Positions 1 to 9,861 of a stretch of 64,000 bases of DNA are shown piece after piece; the first letter of the stretch is position 1; each line of letters opens with the position of its first letter. Under the pieces are notes generated by a model, which saw only the letters and a list, made by a program, of their open reading frames with translations, searched no databases and was not told the DNA's origin. The position numbers and the translations under genes were made by a program. Location of the stretch: the sequence record PP856017.1; one strand, written 5' to 3'.

Positions 1-2
1 TA

Positions 3-638
3 ATGGCATCCGAACTCCTTCCCGGCATTGGAGCCTCGGGGGATTGGTCCCTCAAGACTCCTCTTGACTCCAAGTACACCGCTGGTCTTGCTTATACCTG
101 CAAGGCAATTCGCAAAATCAGCGAGATGGTCGCAAACGGCATCGACGTTCTGAACATGGTCTATATCCCGAACGGATTGGATCAGACAGCTTACGACAGC
201 GATGTGCAGAACGATTACTCGATCATCACGCTTCAGTCTGCAGCTGGTGCTCTGTTACTCGTACCGAGTTCGTATCTGGCGGGTTGGCCCAGCGGCGATT
301 CCGTACCCTACGTGGTCATGGGCATGATCATCAATCTGGGTCCGATTCCGAACACCATCGATCCGACTTTCCTCACGGACAAAGTTGCACCGGTGATTAA
401 GGCGGCACTCGGTCTGGATCCTGAAATCCAGTACGCTACGTTGTCGGAAACGACAAACAAAACGTATGACGATCACGTGGCTCAAGAAGCTACGCGCACG
501 GCGGCAATCACGGATGAGAATTCGGATTACGTCAAGCGCTTGAACGCTGAGGCTGATCTGACCGCTGCACAAGCACAGATCGCAGCGCTCCAGCAGTTCA
601 TCATCGACGCAGGTCTGGCAGTACCGACAAGCTCCTAA
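3..638 (+). CDS. conserved phiKZ-like hypothetical/virion protein
   Basis: 211-aa ORF with core-gene codon usage, followed by a strong hairpin; resembles conserved jumbo-phage proteins near the SbcC/spike locus (recall, not searched). Confidence 0.55.
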   Translation: MASELLPGIGASGDWSLKTPLDSKYTAGLAYTCKAIRKISEMVANGIDVLNMVYIPNGLDQTAYDSDVQNDYSIITLQSAAGALLLVPSSYLAGWPSGDSVPYVVMGMIINLGPIPNTIDPTFLTDKVAPVIKAALGLDPEIQYATLSETTNKTYDDHVAQEATRTAAITDENSDYVKRLNAEADLTAAQAQIAALQQFIIDAGLAVPTSS

Positions 639-648
639 ACGAAAGAGA

Positions 649-678
649 CACTACCAGAGGCGAAAGCCTCTGGTAGTG
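649..678 (+). terminator. intrinsic-terminator-like hairpin
   Basis: perfect 13-bp stem CACTACCAGAGGC-GAAA-GCCTCTGGTAGTG just after the stop at 638. Confidence 0.75.
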
Positions 679-713
679 ATCTTGTGACTTTAATATTTAA
701 AATGGAACTTATT

Positions 714-1394
714 GTGCATGAGTCTTCTCTTTTACTTAAAAAGAAAGTGCTAGCGCCGTCAGGTTCTCCTGAAGCACTCTGGGGCGCTGCCGATATGTTC
801 CCTTCGAACACGTCGGTTGCATTGCCACTGAACGTAGCTCCTCCAGGAAGCTCTTCTGGCGTTAGTTTTGTCAGCAATGCTCCAGCACCTATTCCAAATG
901 CCGCACTTTTTACTTCAAGTAACGCGCAGATTGCTTTAACCAATACGCCGTATCAGCTTCACGGTTATGCTGATTTTTGTGTAGAGTGGTGGATGGCGGT
1001 CAATGGCCCCAGCACGATTGCCAGTCTATGGCATCCCGGCACAGCAAGTGGTTGCGCGTGGTCTACTTCGATGAACATGACTGGCGTCGGAATGAGTGCT
1101 AATGCTTCGGTGAACTTAGCCACTTACTCTGAAGATGGGTTATTTGCTGTAGGTGTTTGGGCACATTGTGCGATTAGCCGTCAGAGTACTGCGACGAGAA
1201 TTTTTGTCAATGGCATTCTGAAACAAACAACGACAACTTCCCTGGACTTCTTTACCGGCGATTTGCCATTCTATCTCGGATATAGAAACGAATCAGTCGG
1301 TCTGGGTGGTGGGGGTTATTTGGCTGGCTTTCGTCTTACGCGCGGCAATGCTCGTTACACGCAATCCTTTACGCCTTCCACGGTATTCCAATGA
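714..1394 (+). CDS. LamG/concanavalin A-like lectin domain protein with LLKKK N-terminal tag
   Basis: GTG at 714 gives MHESSLLLKKK (ATG at 702 also in frame); LamG hallmarks DFCVEWW, WAHCAISRQ..TRIFVNG, FYLG, GYLAGFRLTRGNARYT..FTP. Confidence 0.7.
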   Translation: MHESSLLLKKKVLAPSGSPEALWGAADMFPSNTSVALPLNVAPPGSSSGVSFVSNAPAPIPNAALFTSSNAQIALTNTPYQLHGYADFCVEWWMAVNGPSTIASLWHPGTASGCAWSTSMNMTGVGMSANASVNLATYSEDGLFAVGVWAHCAISRQSTATRIFVNGILKQTTTTSLDFFTGDLPFYLGYRNESVGLGGGGYLAGFRLTRGNARYTQSFTPSTVFQ

Positions 1395-2056
1395 TGCAAG
1401 ATGCTCTCCTACTTAAAAAGAAAGCAGCCGTAGCCAGCAAGACTGTGCTTCTCATGTCGCTTAATGGTGACTTGGTAGACCAGGTTGGAAGTACTGGAAT
1501 CACAGCCACTGGAAATAGCTGGAAAACAAATCAGAAGTTCGGTCGGCAAGCAGCTTCGTTCACAACTTCGGGTTACATCGCCGTTCCGACAACAGCGAAG
1601 CTTCAGTTCGCTGGAGACTTCACAATCGAGATGTGGATTAGCATGTCTCGACTGACTGGCGAACAGATGCTGTTTACCGCTGGCCCTGGGATGTATATCG
1701 ATTGTTATACCGGTGTCGGTTATAACGGCGGTTTACCGTGTTTCATCTGCTCCAATAGTCAGACGAACGACCACACCAATATGGTGATCGGAAGCAACCC
1801 GTTTACTGTTGGTACCCTCCACCATTTGGCATTCGTGCGCAGTGCGGGCATCATGAGCGTTTATGGTGACGGTGCTTCACTTGGGACTCCAGTAGCTAAC
1901 TCGACCGTATGGGCTAACTCGTCTACAATTATCGGTAACTACGTCTCTTCCCCAGCTTATGGTTTCGGTGGGGGCGTTCAGGAAGTGCGATTGTCGAACG
2001 TTTGTCGTTATACTGGTCCGTTCACGCCACCGACTGGCCCATTTACGCTGGATTGA
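1391..2056 (+). CDS. LamG/concanavalin A-like lectin domain protein with LLKKK N-terminal tag
   Basis: MMQDALLLKKK; KFGRQAASF, DFTIEMW, HHLAFVRSAGIMSVYGDG, FGGGVQEVRLSNVCRYTGPFTPP. Confidence 0.75.
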   Translation: MMQDALLLKKKAAVASKTVLLMSLNGDLVDQVGSTGITATGNSWKTNQKFGRQAASFTTSGYIAVPTTAKLQFAGDFTIEMWISMSRLTGEQMLFTAGPGMYIDCYTGVGYNGGLPCFICSNSQTNDHTNMVIGSNPFTVGTLHHLAFVRSAGIMSVYGDGASLGTPVANSTVWANSSTIIGNYVSSPAYGFGGGVQEVRLSNVCRYTGPFTPPTGPFTLD

Positions 2057-2058
2057 TC

Positions 2059-2736
2059 ATGCAAGAAACTAACCTCTTAAAGAAATCGAACGCAATTCTC
2101 CCTGACCCTTATGCGGATTCGGTAGTTCTCGATCTCAGCGCCTATTCGGGTTCGGTGGTCGATGCGAAGGGACATACGCTCGCCAACACAAATGTAGTAG
2201 CATCCGCGACCCAGAAGAAGTGGGGGCCATACTCGATGTGGTTCAATGCGAATGCCTGGCTACAGATCGGCAATAATGCGAATAGTGATTTCTGGCTTCA
2301 GGCTGACTTCTGCATTGAAACCTGGATTTATCTGGTCGCACGAACCACCCAGTATCCTTGTTATTTCAATAACTACAACGTGTGGCCGAATGCAAATGCA
2401 TTAGGTTTGTTTGCAGGTCATCAACAAAGACCAACGGATTACACGACTGCTTTGACTGGAACATTTCCTGCCGCTGAAAGTACTCAAGCTCTCATTTTCG
2501 GCGCATGGTCTCATCTGGCTACTGTACGTAGTGGTAGTACGATCACGACGTATATCAACGGGGCTTTCGCAAGCAGCTGTTCCAGTTCAGCTGCGTTGTA
2601 CGGCACCAAGACGTATATCACGATCGGCAACTCCGCGGACACTATGTCAAACGGCATGCTTAACGCTTATGTCGAACGTTACCGTATTACCAATGTGGCA
2701 CGGTATACTGCTCCTTTTACGCCTCAGCGTTTCTAA
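2059..2736 (+). CDS. LamG/concanavalin A-like lectin domain protein with LLKK N-terminal tag
   Basis: ATG 2059 gives MQETNLLKK; KKWGPYSMWF, DFCIETWIY, WSHLATVRSGSTITTYING, NAYVERYRITNVARYTAPFTP. Confidence 0.75.
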   Translation: MQETNLLKKSNAILPDPYADSVVLDLSAYSGSVVDAKGHTLANTNVVASATQKKWGPYSMWFNANAWLQIGNNANSDFWLQADFCIETWIYLVARTTQYPCYFNNYNVWPNANALGLFAGHQQRPTDYTTALTGTFPAAESTQALIFGAWSHLATVRSGSTITTYINGAFASSCSSSAALYGTKTYITIGNSADTMSNGMLNAYVERYRITNVARYTAPFTPQRF

Positions 2737-2747
2737 ACGAGAACATA

Positions 2748-2777
2748 GACTACAGGTGGCGCAAGCCACCTGTAGTC
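2748..2777. terminator. bidirectional terminator-like hairpin
   Basis: 13-bp stem GACTACAGGTGGC-GCAA-GCCACCTGTAGTC between convergent stops (2736, 2783). Confidence 0.75.
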
Positions 2778-2782
2778 GTATG

Positions 2783-5299
2783 TCAGTTGATGATTACGTG
2801 CTGATTGAAAACCACGTCGGTTGGCAACAGCAGATTGTCCTTACTCAGAACGCACGTTTGTGCCAGTGATGTCAGTGCTCCATGATTGGACTCATAATGA
2901 GAGATCATGAAGATTTGACCATAGGCTTGTTCGTCGATCAACTTCTTAACGAAATAGATAGCTGCTTGACGATGAGCGTCATCGAAGCCTTCCTCAATCT
3001 CGTCCAAGAAGAGCGGTAGATGTCCAAGCCCAAGCTGCCGTAGAGCACAGATCCTGAACGCAAAATTGAAGATCCCCAGCATCGACTTCGAACCCTCGAC
3101 CACATCCTTGGAAGGTTTCCCATCCCGGTTCCGCATGAAAGGGAACTTGTAGTCCATGTCCGCTGTACCATCCTCCATTGTAAATGGGAGAAGTTCCAGC
3201 GGATAAGACCAGATGGAATTGATAACCTTGTTCATCTTTGTCAAGAAGACATTGATAAACCGATGCAGCCCTTCGGCTATGGCGCCATTCGTTGGGGAGA
3301 GCGCGATATGTGCTGCCTTCGCAATCCGCTCGTTCATGTGCGCCTCGTCCAGCTGACGGATGAGTTCGTCCACGATTGACTGCTGTTGCATAGCAGCGTT
3401 CAAGGCGTCTTCTTTCCGAGCCAGCTGAGTCTGCAATGACATGATAAGGTACCACAGCAACTCCTGATAACGCGAGTAGATGTAATCCTTGGCATGCTTG
3501 GTTTGCATGTGGGTGTTCGTGAGCAATTGCTCATTCAACCGCGCATTCCGATCGTAAGCCGAGATCAGGTTATCAAGCCTGGTCGACTCAGCATTCAAGG
3601 TCTGGAGCTTCTGGGTTTGGATACCCATCGTCTCTTCGATGTGACGCAGATCTTTTTCGATGGACTCCAGTGATTCGGAATCCATATTCTCTTTAAGCGC
3701 AATCTGCTCAAGAGCTTGCGTGATGATTTTGCCCAACGCCTGGATCTCGACATGATGCTCAAGATCACTCATGACGGTGTGAATGTCATGGACGACAGAA
3801 CCCGGATACAGCTTGAGACGATCGTTCTGACAGATGTAGTTGAAGTAACCCGAGAGGACAGGAGCTGAACGCATGATCGACACAACGGCACGATAGTTCG
3901 CCGCCCACTCTTGACATTCCGCCAACCACTTCTTGGTCGTCTCTTTCTGCTTTGCCAGTTCTTCCAACTTTTCTTTCATCTGGAGAACAACGCCATCTGC
4001 CTTCTTGAGATCTTCTTCAGAGGCTTTTGTCGTCCAGCTATGCTTACAGTTAGGACAAGTCAGCGAATCTGCCTGAACATGGTTGCGACGATGGTCTATA
4101 TCCTCCACCAGACGAGCCATACGGGCCTGCAACTGGTGAGTCTGAGCGTTGATCGCCGTGATTCTTTCTTCGGCTTCCTGCGCTTTCTGAGGCGACCACT
4201 CGCCATCGTTTTTCTGAAGCGTAGACAGGCGTTCGTTCAGTTCGCCATGAATTTCTTGCAGAGCAACACGTGCCTGAGTCGCGTCTGAAGGCACCACTAC
4301 ATTGTTCATCGCAATGTAGCTCATCTTGAAAGCGATCTGATCCTGAGCTTCCTTGACCTTCTTTTCCAGTTGGCCAATTGACTCTGACCCAGCTTTGACC
4401 ATCATGTCGTACTTCTTCTTGATGCGGGTATGGTCCGCGTACAAGTGCTGGGACAATTGCTGGGTGGAATGGATCTGGATCTTGATCGACTCACGAGCTT
4501 CGACCATCTGCTCACGATTTTCAAAGCCGCAGGATTCCAGCATCGAATTGTTCAAACGCTCGACCTCATTGCAGGACGCATCCAGCAATACCTGAATCGC
4601 TTCCATTTCTGACAGCACGTCGCTGGGCTTGGTGGCCTGAGCATTACGCATGCCATAGATTTCAGTGATCAGCTTTTTAATCTCGTTGGTCTCTTCCTTC
4701 ATTTGAAGGACGACGTCTTTGTCGACGAGTTTGTTCGTCTCATCGACTTGACGTTTCTGCAAACGTTTGATCATGCCTTGCGCGTCACGGTGCTGTTCCT
4801 GCAGCTTCTTGTAAGCCTGCATGGCATACGTGAAGTCCGTGTCGGCCAACTTGATCATCCAGTAACGACGACGAGCAGGGCTCATCTTCGTCAGTTGGTC
4901 AGTGTCGCCCAACACCAATGTACGCAATTCAGGCGTGACCTGGAAATGTTCTTCGCAAAGCGACTTAAACATTTCCACTTTGAAACCGTCGTTAAGTTCA
5001 ACACCATCGACGATGAATTCATGTTTAGCTTTACCACCTTCGAAAGTGGAAATGAGCTCGTAGTACTTACCGTTGTAAGTGATCTTCAGATCTTTCTTAC
5101 CGCCAACTCCGAACTGTTCCTTATCGGGAGGCAGAGGCCAGAGTTCCCACAACAAGGAACTTTTACCGCTACCATTCGTGCCCAAAATCGTTTGAAGAGC
5201 ATAAGCATCATCGGGCATAAACACGAAACGCTTGATGCCCGCTAAAGACATGCGTGTGTAGTTCACGAGTTCAAGACTCGTGATAATCATCTTGCTCAT
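2783..5299 (-). CDS. sbcC: SbcC/Rad50-like SMC ATPase (recombination nuclease subunit)
   Basis: Walker A GTNGSGKSS, long coiled coil, central CPNC zinc hook, Walker B/D-loop FLDEIEEGFD, C-terminal ISH. Confidence 0.9.
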   Translation of the reverse strand: MSKMIITSLELVNYTRMSLAGIKRFVFMPDDAYALQTILGTNGSGKSSLLWELWPLPPDKEQFGVGGKKDLKITYNGKYYELISTFEGGKAKHEFIVDGVELNDGFKVEMFKSLCEEHFQVTPELRTLVLGDTDQLTKMSPARRRYWMIKLADTDFTYAMQAYKKLQEQHRDAQGMIKRLQKRQVDETNKLVDKDVVLQMKEETNEIKKLITEIYGMRNAQATKPSDVLSEMEAIQVLLDASCNEVERLNNSMLESCGFENREQMVEARESIKIQIHSTQQLSQHLYADHTRIKKKYDMMVKAGSESIGQLEKKVKEAQDQIAFKMSYIAMNNVVVPSDATQARVALQEIHGELNERLSTLQKNDGEWSPQKAQEAEERITAINAQTHQLQARMARLVEDIDHRRNHVQADSLTCPNCKHSWTTKASEEDLKKADGVVLQMKEKLEELAKQKETTKKWLAECQEWAANYRAVVSIMRSAPVLSGYFNYICQNDRLKLYPGSVVHDIHTVMSDLEHHVEIQALGKIITQALEQIALKENMDSESLESIEKDLRHIEETMGIQTQKLQTLNAESTRLDNLISAYDRNARLNEQLLTNTHMQTKHAKDYIYSRYQELLWYLIMSLQTQLARKEDALNAAMQQQSIVDELIRQLDEAHMNERIAKAAHIALSPTNGAIAEGLHRFINVFLTKMNKVINSIWSYPLELLPFTMEDGTADMDYKFPFMRNRDGKPSKDVVEGSKSMLGIFNFAFRICALRQLGLGHLPLFLDEIEEGFDDAHRQAAIYFVKKLIDEQAYGQIFMISHYESNHGALTSLAQTCVLSKDNLLLPTDVVFNQHVIIN

Positions 5300-5368
5300 A
5301 GCGTCCTCAGTAGTGGACTGTTCTAGGTACAGATAATACGACTTAGTGATAAAAATTTAGGAAGCATT

Positions 5369-6370
5369 ATGGCCGACACTCCTCCGTCAGACACTCCTGG
5401 TACTCCCGACACACAAGGGTCCAAGTTTCACTTCTACTCATTCGGTCTCGTGGCGGCTAATAAGCCACGCGGCGGTAAAGATGGTACACCCGAGCTCATG
5501 CTCGAAGTGTTCCCGCAAGAAAAGTTCACAATGTCGGCTGGTGAAGTCACTGACAACGTGTCGACAATCAACGTCCAGGGGCAAGACGCCGATGGGAAAG
5601 CTTATCAGGGTAAGATGGAATCCAAACCGTCACTCACCTGCATGTGGCTCCCGATCGGAGAGCCTAACCGGGTCACTCCACCTGATGTCCGTCGTGGAGA
5701 GCAGGTTATCATCTATCGGTATGCCGATACCCAGTATTACTTCTGGTCATCTGCTTTCAACAACCTTATCCGGAAACTGGAAACCGTTACCCATTGGTAC
5801 TCCGGCACTCCCGATGACGGAACAAATGCCGACACGGCGAGAACGGGAGAGAACGGCTACATTGTCGAAGTATCGACTCATGATGGGCATGTCCTCGTAT
5901 CCACCTCCAAAAAGAATGGAGAAAAGGCCGCCTACGTTTTCGCCATCGACACGAAGAATGGTCAAGTTAATCTGCAAGACGATCTTGGCAATGATATTGA
6001 GCTTGACTCCGTCGGTGGTGTTCTGACGGCAACGACCGAAAACGAGATCATTCACAACACGAAAAAGTTCACTTCGAACTGTCAGCAGTTCATCGTCAAT
6101 GCGTCCGAGAGCGTGCAGTTCAATACGCCTAAGACGGGTATGTCGCAAGACATGCAAGTTGATGGTAACTCGCTTCAGAAGGGCTTTGCCAACTTTACCA
6201 CTGGTATTGGCGGTGGTGGATCTGGCGATACGGGCGCTGATCTGGAGTTCAAGGGCAACGTTACTCAAACGGGCAACTGGACTACCAACGGCGCACAGAC
6301 CATCAACGGGGAACTTACCGTTCATGGCGAAGGTACTTTCGACGGCAACGTCAATGCACCGAACGTTTAA
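5369..6370 (+). CDS. baseplate central spike-like protein (phiKZ gp164-like)
   Basis: N-terminal OB-fold-like region (PPDVRRGEQVIIYRYAD) followed by Gly/Thr/Asn-rich beta-helix-type strands; position next to SbcC as in phiKZ (recall). Confidence 0.65.
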   Translation: MADTPPSDTPGTPDTQGSKFHFYSFGLVAANKPRGGKDGTPELMLEVFPQEKFTMSAGEVTDNVSTINVQGQDADGKAYQGKMESKPSLTCMWLPIGEPNRVTPPDVRRGEQVIIYRYADTQYYFWSSAFNNLIRKLETVTHWYSGTPDDGTNADTARTGENGYIVEVSTHDGHVLVSTSKKNGEKAAYVFAIDTKNGQVNLQDDLGNDIELDSVGGVLTATTENEIIHNTKKFTSNCQQFIVNASESVQFNTPKTGMSQDMQVDGNSLQKGFANFTTGIGGGGSGDTGADLEFKGNVTQTGNWTTNGAQTINGELTVHGEGTFDGNVNAPNV

Positions 6371-6384
6371 AGCAAAAGCGAGAT

Positions 6385-6412
6385 CACAGACTGGGCTTGC
6401 GCCCAGTCTGTG
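6385..6412. terminator. bidirectional terminator-like hairpin
   Basis: 12-bp stem CACAGACTGGGC-TTGC-GCCCAGTCTGTG between convergent stops. Confidence 0.7.
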
Positions 6413-6414
6413 TC

Positions 6415-7692
6415 TTACTGTGTTTTAATCTGAATTTCTTCTTCGATGAGTTTCACGAACATCGCATCTCCCAATGTTCCTGCTTTACCCATCCACATCT
6501 GGTTGTCCACCGCAACACGGTCGGCAGTGCCAACAGTATTGAAGAGGTAGTTGCGTTTGAAGGTGTCGTGGCAACGCAGCATCCAGCCACCGGCTTCGTA
6601 TTGTTTCCAGTAGACTTCATGCTTGCCTTCGCCTGCAACCAACGGCCACTTGGGCTCTTCCCACGACATGTATGTGTGGGGAACGGTTTGCTTTTCCGGA
6701 TAGGAACGCTCGATCACCAGCGTCGTCGTATCCAACAACACCATGAATGATTGACTCATGGTGAAGTACTTGGTCAGGTAATCCTGACTGCGGAAGTTTT
6801 GTGCAACCACCCAGTTCGGATTGTCCGTCTGATGCTGGATGTTGAACGCCGAGAAATCCAGATACGGTTCGCTCTCGAAGTAACGCTCCAGGAACGGATA
6901 CTTCCAGGTCTTGAACGTGAAGACGTTCGTGTTGGTAAGCAGACACTGATCGTTATCCGGCATCAGCATGTAGCCGCCGAGAATGAGGATCGGAGTCTGA
7001 ACACACAAGTCGCAGTTCGTGAACTTGATGTTGACCTTGTCGACCAGACCAGTCGTGGGATCCAGATCGAACGACAACATGTCGGCAGTGATTGCCTCGA
7101 TGTCAAACGTGCCGAATGTACCGAACGACAGCAGGCCCAACTGGTTCGCACCAGACTTCATGCGCGACTTGTTGCCGTCGACAATATAGTAGCCTTTGGA
7201 ATCAGCCGCCGAGTTATGATAGAAACCATTCACGTTCGGCAGGATTTTTTGTCGCATTGTCAGGTAGTCGTAACCAACCTGAGAACCAGGATCGTCCGGC
7301 TTCACAACGACGTGAGGTTTCAGTTCCTGAGGCAGATCAACACCCGCACCGACATTGTAGTCGATCGAGTCTGCCCAGAAGCCAGCTTCCCACAAATCGC
7401 TGAAGATTGCGTTGTTTCTGACCACCACAGGGCTACCTACAGTGGTCGGTAAAGTTTTATTGCCATTCGCGGTCAGATAGTCTGAAATCGTACCCACATT
7501 GGTCTGGATACCAACCGCGACATCTTCCAGGTTAAGCGTGAGCTCAGTGTCGGTGATTCCGTCCGTCAGGACAACGTAAATCTGGCGGTATTTGGTCAGG
7601 AGGGTACTGGTAGGCGTCGTCGAAATGTCGACCTGCAACCAGCGTTTGTTGGTGCCGGGTTCAACGGCGAGTGCTCGAACGAAGGTGTACAT
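6415..7692 (-). CDS. phiKZ-like virion structural protein
   Basis: 425-aa ORF with core codon bias among baseplate and tail genes. Confidence 0.55.
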   Translation of the reverse strand: MYTFVRALAVEPGTNKRWLQVDISTTPTSTLLTKYRQIYVVLTDGITDTELTLNLEDVAVGIQTNVGTISDYLTANGNKTLPTTVGSPVVVRNNAIFSDLWEAGFWADSIDYNVGAGVDLPQELKPHVVVKPDDPGSQVGYDYLTMRQKILPNVNGFYHNSAADSKGYYIVDGNKSRMKSGANQLGLLSFGTFGTFDIEAITADMLSFDLDPTTGLVDKVNIKFTNCDLCVQTPILILGGYMLMPDNDQCLLTNTNVFTFKTWKYPFLERYFESEPYLDFSAFNIQHQTDNPNWVVAQNFRSQDYLTKYFTMSQSFMVLLDTTTLVIERSYPEKQTVPHTYMSWEEPKWPLVAGEGKHEVYWKQYEAGGWMLRCHDTFKRNYLFNTVGTADRVAVDNQMWMGKAGTLGDAMFVKLIEEEIQIKTQ

Positions 7693-7777
7693 AAATTCCT
7701 CACTCTTGACCCTGGGGGGTCAAGAATAATATGACCTCAAAATTAAGTATTATCTTATTTAACCGGAGAAAGCAGTT

Positions 7778-9850
7778 ATGTCCGATCCCGTAACTAGCTA
7801 TCCCGTCGACTATACGGGTCAGGCGGCTAGCAACAGAATCGTGGATGAACAGATCGTTATCCTCCCTCCGGGTGACCGTCTGTTTCAGTTCACAATGCCT
7901 CAGTTCGCGCCGTTCTACGAGGAAGGTCACTCCCTCAAGCTGCGCGACATCAATAACAACGTCACACCATTAGTGCTGGGTGTGGACTACTACCTCAGCC
8001 ACAAGTTCATGGATGCCTCGTTGGCTACCATGCACCCAATCTGGGGTTCGATCAGTTTCCTGAAGCCGATCTCAGGCGTTCTCCTTGCGACTTATCAGAC
8101 GCTGGGTGGCATCTGGACGATTGATTCGGCAACGATCACCGAAATCCTGATGAACACGACTCAGAACCCGCGTGTTACCACGTGGGAACAGGTTGTGGAG
8201 CGTCCGGTGGATTTCCCGGTCATCGACCACCCGTGGGACCTGGCCGACATGGTCGGTATGTCCGAGATCTATACGGTCCTGGAAAACTTCTACGAAGCTT
8301 ACCTGGCATCGTTGGATCCGAATGGTGGTGGCGGTGGTACGTCGATCATCCTGGACCACATCAACAACAAGAACAACCCGCACGCAACGACGGCGCAACA
8401 AGTTGGCGCATATTCGACCCTCCAGATCGACACGATGCTGGGCGGTTATGTGACGACGACTGGGACGGCCGCGAACTCGACTCTGTTCAACGGCAAATCG
8501 TACGCTCAGATGCTGACGGACGTTGTGTCGGTGAAAGTGGCCAATGCTTCGTCCGCCGACAATGCGACGCATGCTGGTACTGCTGACACGGCAACGAACG
8601 CCAATGCACTTGGCAACAAGAGCCTGGCGCAGCTGATGACGGACGTGGCTGCTACGAAAGTGGCAAACGCGGCTCATGCCGATACTGCCGATAACGCAAC
8701 CAATGCCGCTACTGCGTCGAACTCGAATGCTCTTGGCGGTTCGAGCCTCACGCAGGTGTTGCAGGCTGCTCAGGCACAAACGGCAGCCGACTCCGCCAAG
8801 TTCAACGGCAAGAACTATGCTGACGCCAAGGCAGACATCCTCTCGGGGCAAGCTGCTGACTCGGCAATGTTGGGCGGTCAAACGCTCCAGCAAATCATCA
8901 CGTCGCTGCAACAATCGACGGGCGATGCTGCTACGCTGAATGGCAAGTCGTACGACGACATCATGGCGGCAGTGAAGACCACCAAGGTCGACAATGCCAC
9001 CAATGCAGATACGGCATCGAATGCAACCTCGCTCGGCGGTCAGTCTCTTTCGCAGATTCTGACTTCGGTGGCAGGCATCGTGCCGGATCTGTCGCACAAT
9101 TCGGAAGCCGTTTACGGTTACACGTTCGACCAACTGGTGGAAGCAATTGCTCAAAGTCAGACCTGGACCGACCAGCAGGATTACCTGTGCGTCGATCTGG
9201 ACATCGAAAATGCCACGCTGCAACATCCGGCAACGGGTGGTACGGCGGATGCGGCTTACAGCTACCTGTTTCTGGGTTCGTTCCCGATCCCGACGACTGG
9301 TGCGAACAACGAGTTCTACGACCCGACGCAGGAAGTCATCGGTTCGTCGATGGACCTGTTCTTCTTCTTCGGAACGAACGCCATCCGTGCTCGTTTGGAC
9401 ATCACGTTCAATGCCGATCTGTCGATGGGTTTCAACATTTACAGCGACTTTGGTGATCTGACTAACCTGGTGTATTTTGGCGCGCATTCGGTGCCGAGCA
9501 CCCTGAAGTCTTCGGATGGTACGAAGACGGGTCAGACCAACGAAGTGTACGTGAAGTTCAAGACCTCGCAAGCACTCAAGCGTCTGGGTGTCTTCCAGTA
9601 CACGAAGAACAGTTTCGTGCTGGATGAGTCGGAAGAAGTCAATCTGTACGATTCGACTTTGCTGGCTCTGAATACGACAACGTGGCACAGCGCCCAAGCG
9701 GATGCGTGGAATCAGACGCTTTCGACTTCGCTTGGCAATGAAGCTACTGCCCGCGCAAATGCCGATACGGCTATCCGTACCGATATGCAGACCGCACTCG
9801 ATACGCTGGCTGACGACATCACCGCACTCATCGCAACTCCGGCCGCCTAA
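7778..9850 (+). CDS. tail fibre protein (phiKZ gp145/146-like)
   Basis: N-terminus YPVDYTG..NRIVDE..PQFAPFY typical of phiKZ-like fibres; HINNKNNPH motif; Ala/Asn-rich repeats. Confidence 0.75.
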   Translation: MSDPVTSYPVDYTGQAASNRIVDEQIVILPPGDRLFQFTMPQFAPFYEEGHSLKLRDINNNVTPLVLGVDYYLSHKFMDASLATMHPIWGSISFLKPISGVLLATYQTLGGIWTIDSATITEILMNTTQNPRVTTWEQVVERPVDFPVIDHPWDLADMVGMSEIYTVLENFYEAYLASLDPNGGGGGTSIILDHINNKNNPHATTAQQVGAYSTLQIDTMLGGYVTTTGTAANSTLFNGKSYAQMLTDVVSVKVANASSADNATHAGTADTATNANALGNKSLAQLMTDVAATKVANAAHADTADNATNAATASNSNALGGSSLTQVLQAAQAQTAADSAKFNGKNYADAKADILSGQAADSAMLGGQTLQQIITSLQQSTGDAATLNGKSYDDIMAAVKTTKVDNATNADTASNATSLGGQSLSQILTSVAGIVPDLSHNSEAVYGYTFDQLVEAIAQSQTWTDQQDYLCVDLDIENATLQHPATGGTADAAYSYLFLGSFPIPTTGANNEFYDPTQEVIGSSMDLFFFFGTNAIRARLDITFNADLSMGFNIYSDFGDLTNLVYFGAHSVPSTLKSSDGTKTGQTNEVYVKFKTSQALKRLGVFQYTKNSFVLDESEEVNLYDSTLLALNTTTWHSAQADAWNQTLSTSLGNEATARANADTAIRTDMQTALDTLADDITALIATPAA
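8460..9075 (+). repeat. seven imperfect protein repeats in the tail fibre (A-x-[ND]-[SA]-x-x-[LF]-[GN]-G-[KQS]-[ST])
   Basis: NSTLFNGKSY, NANALGNKSL, NSNALGGSSL, DSAKFNGKNY, DSAMLGGQTL, DAATLNGKSY, NATSLGGQSL; boundaries approximate. Confidence 0.75.
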
Positions 9851-9861
9851 TCAGAGGAATC

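Noticed and set aside
8460-9075. Possible CRISPR or DNA tandem array
   Set aside because: Repeats are degenerate at DNA level and conserved only as protein repeats in a fibre
8072-9697. 541-aa antisense ORF within the tail fibre
   Set aside because: Shadow ORF of a biased, repetitive gene; Arg/Val/Ile-rich nonsense composition
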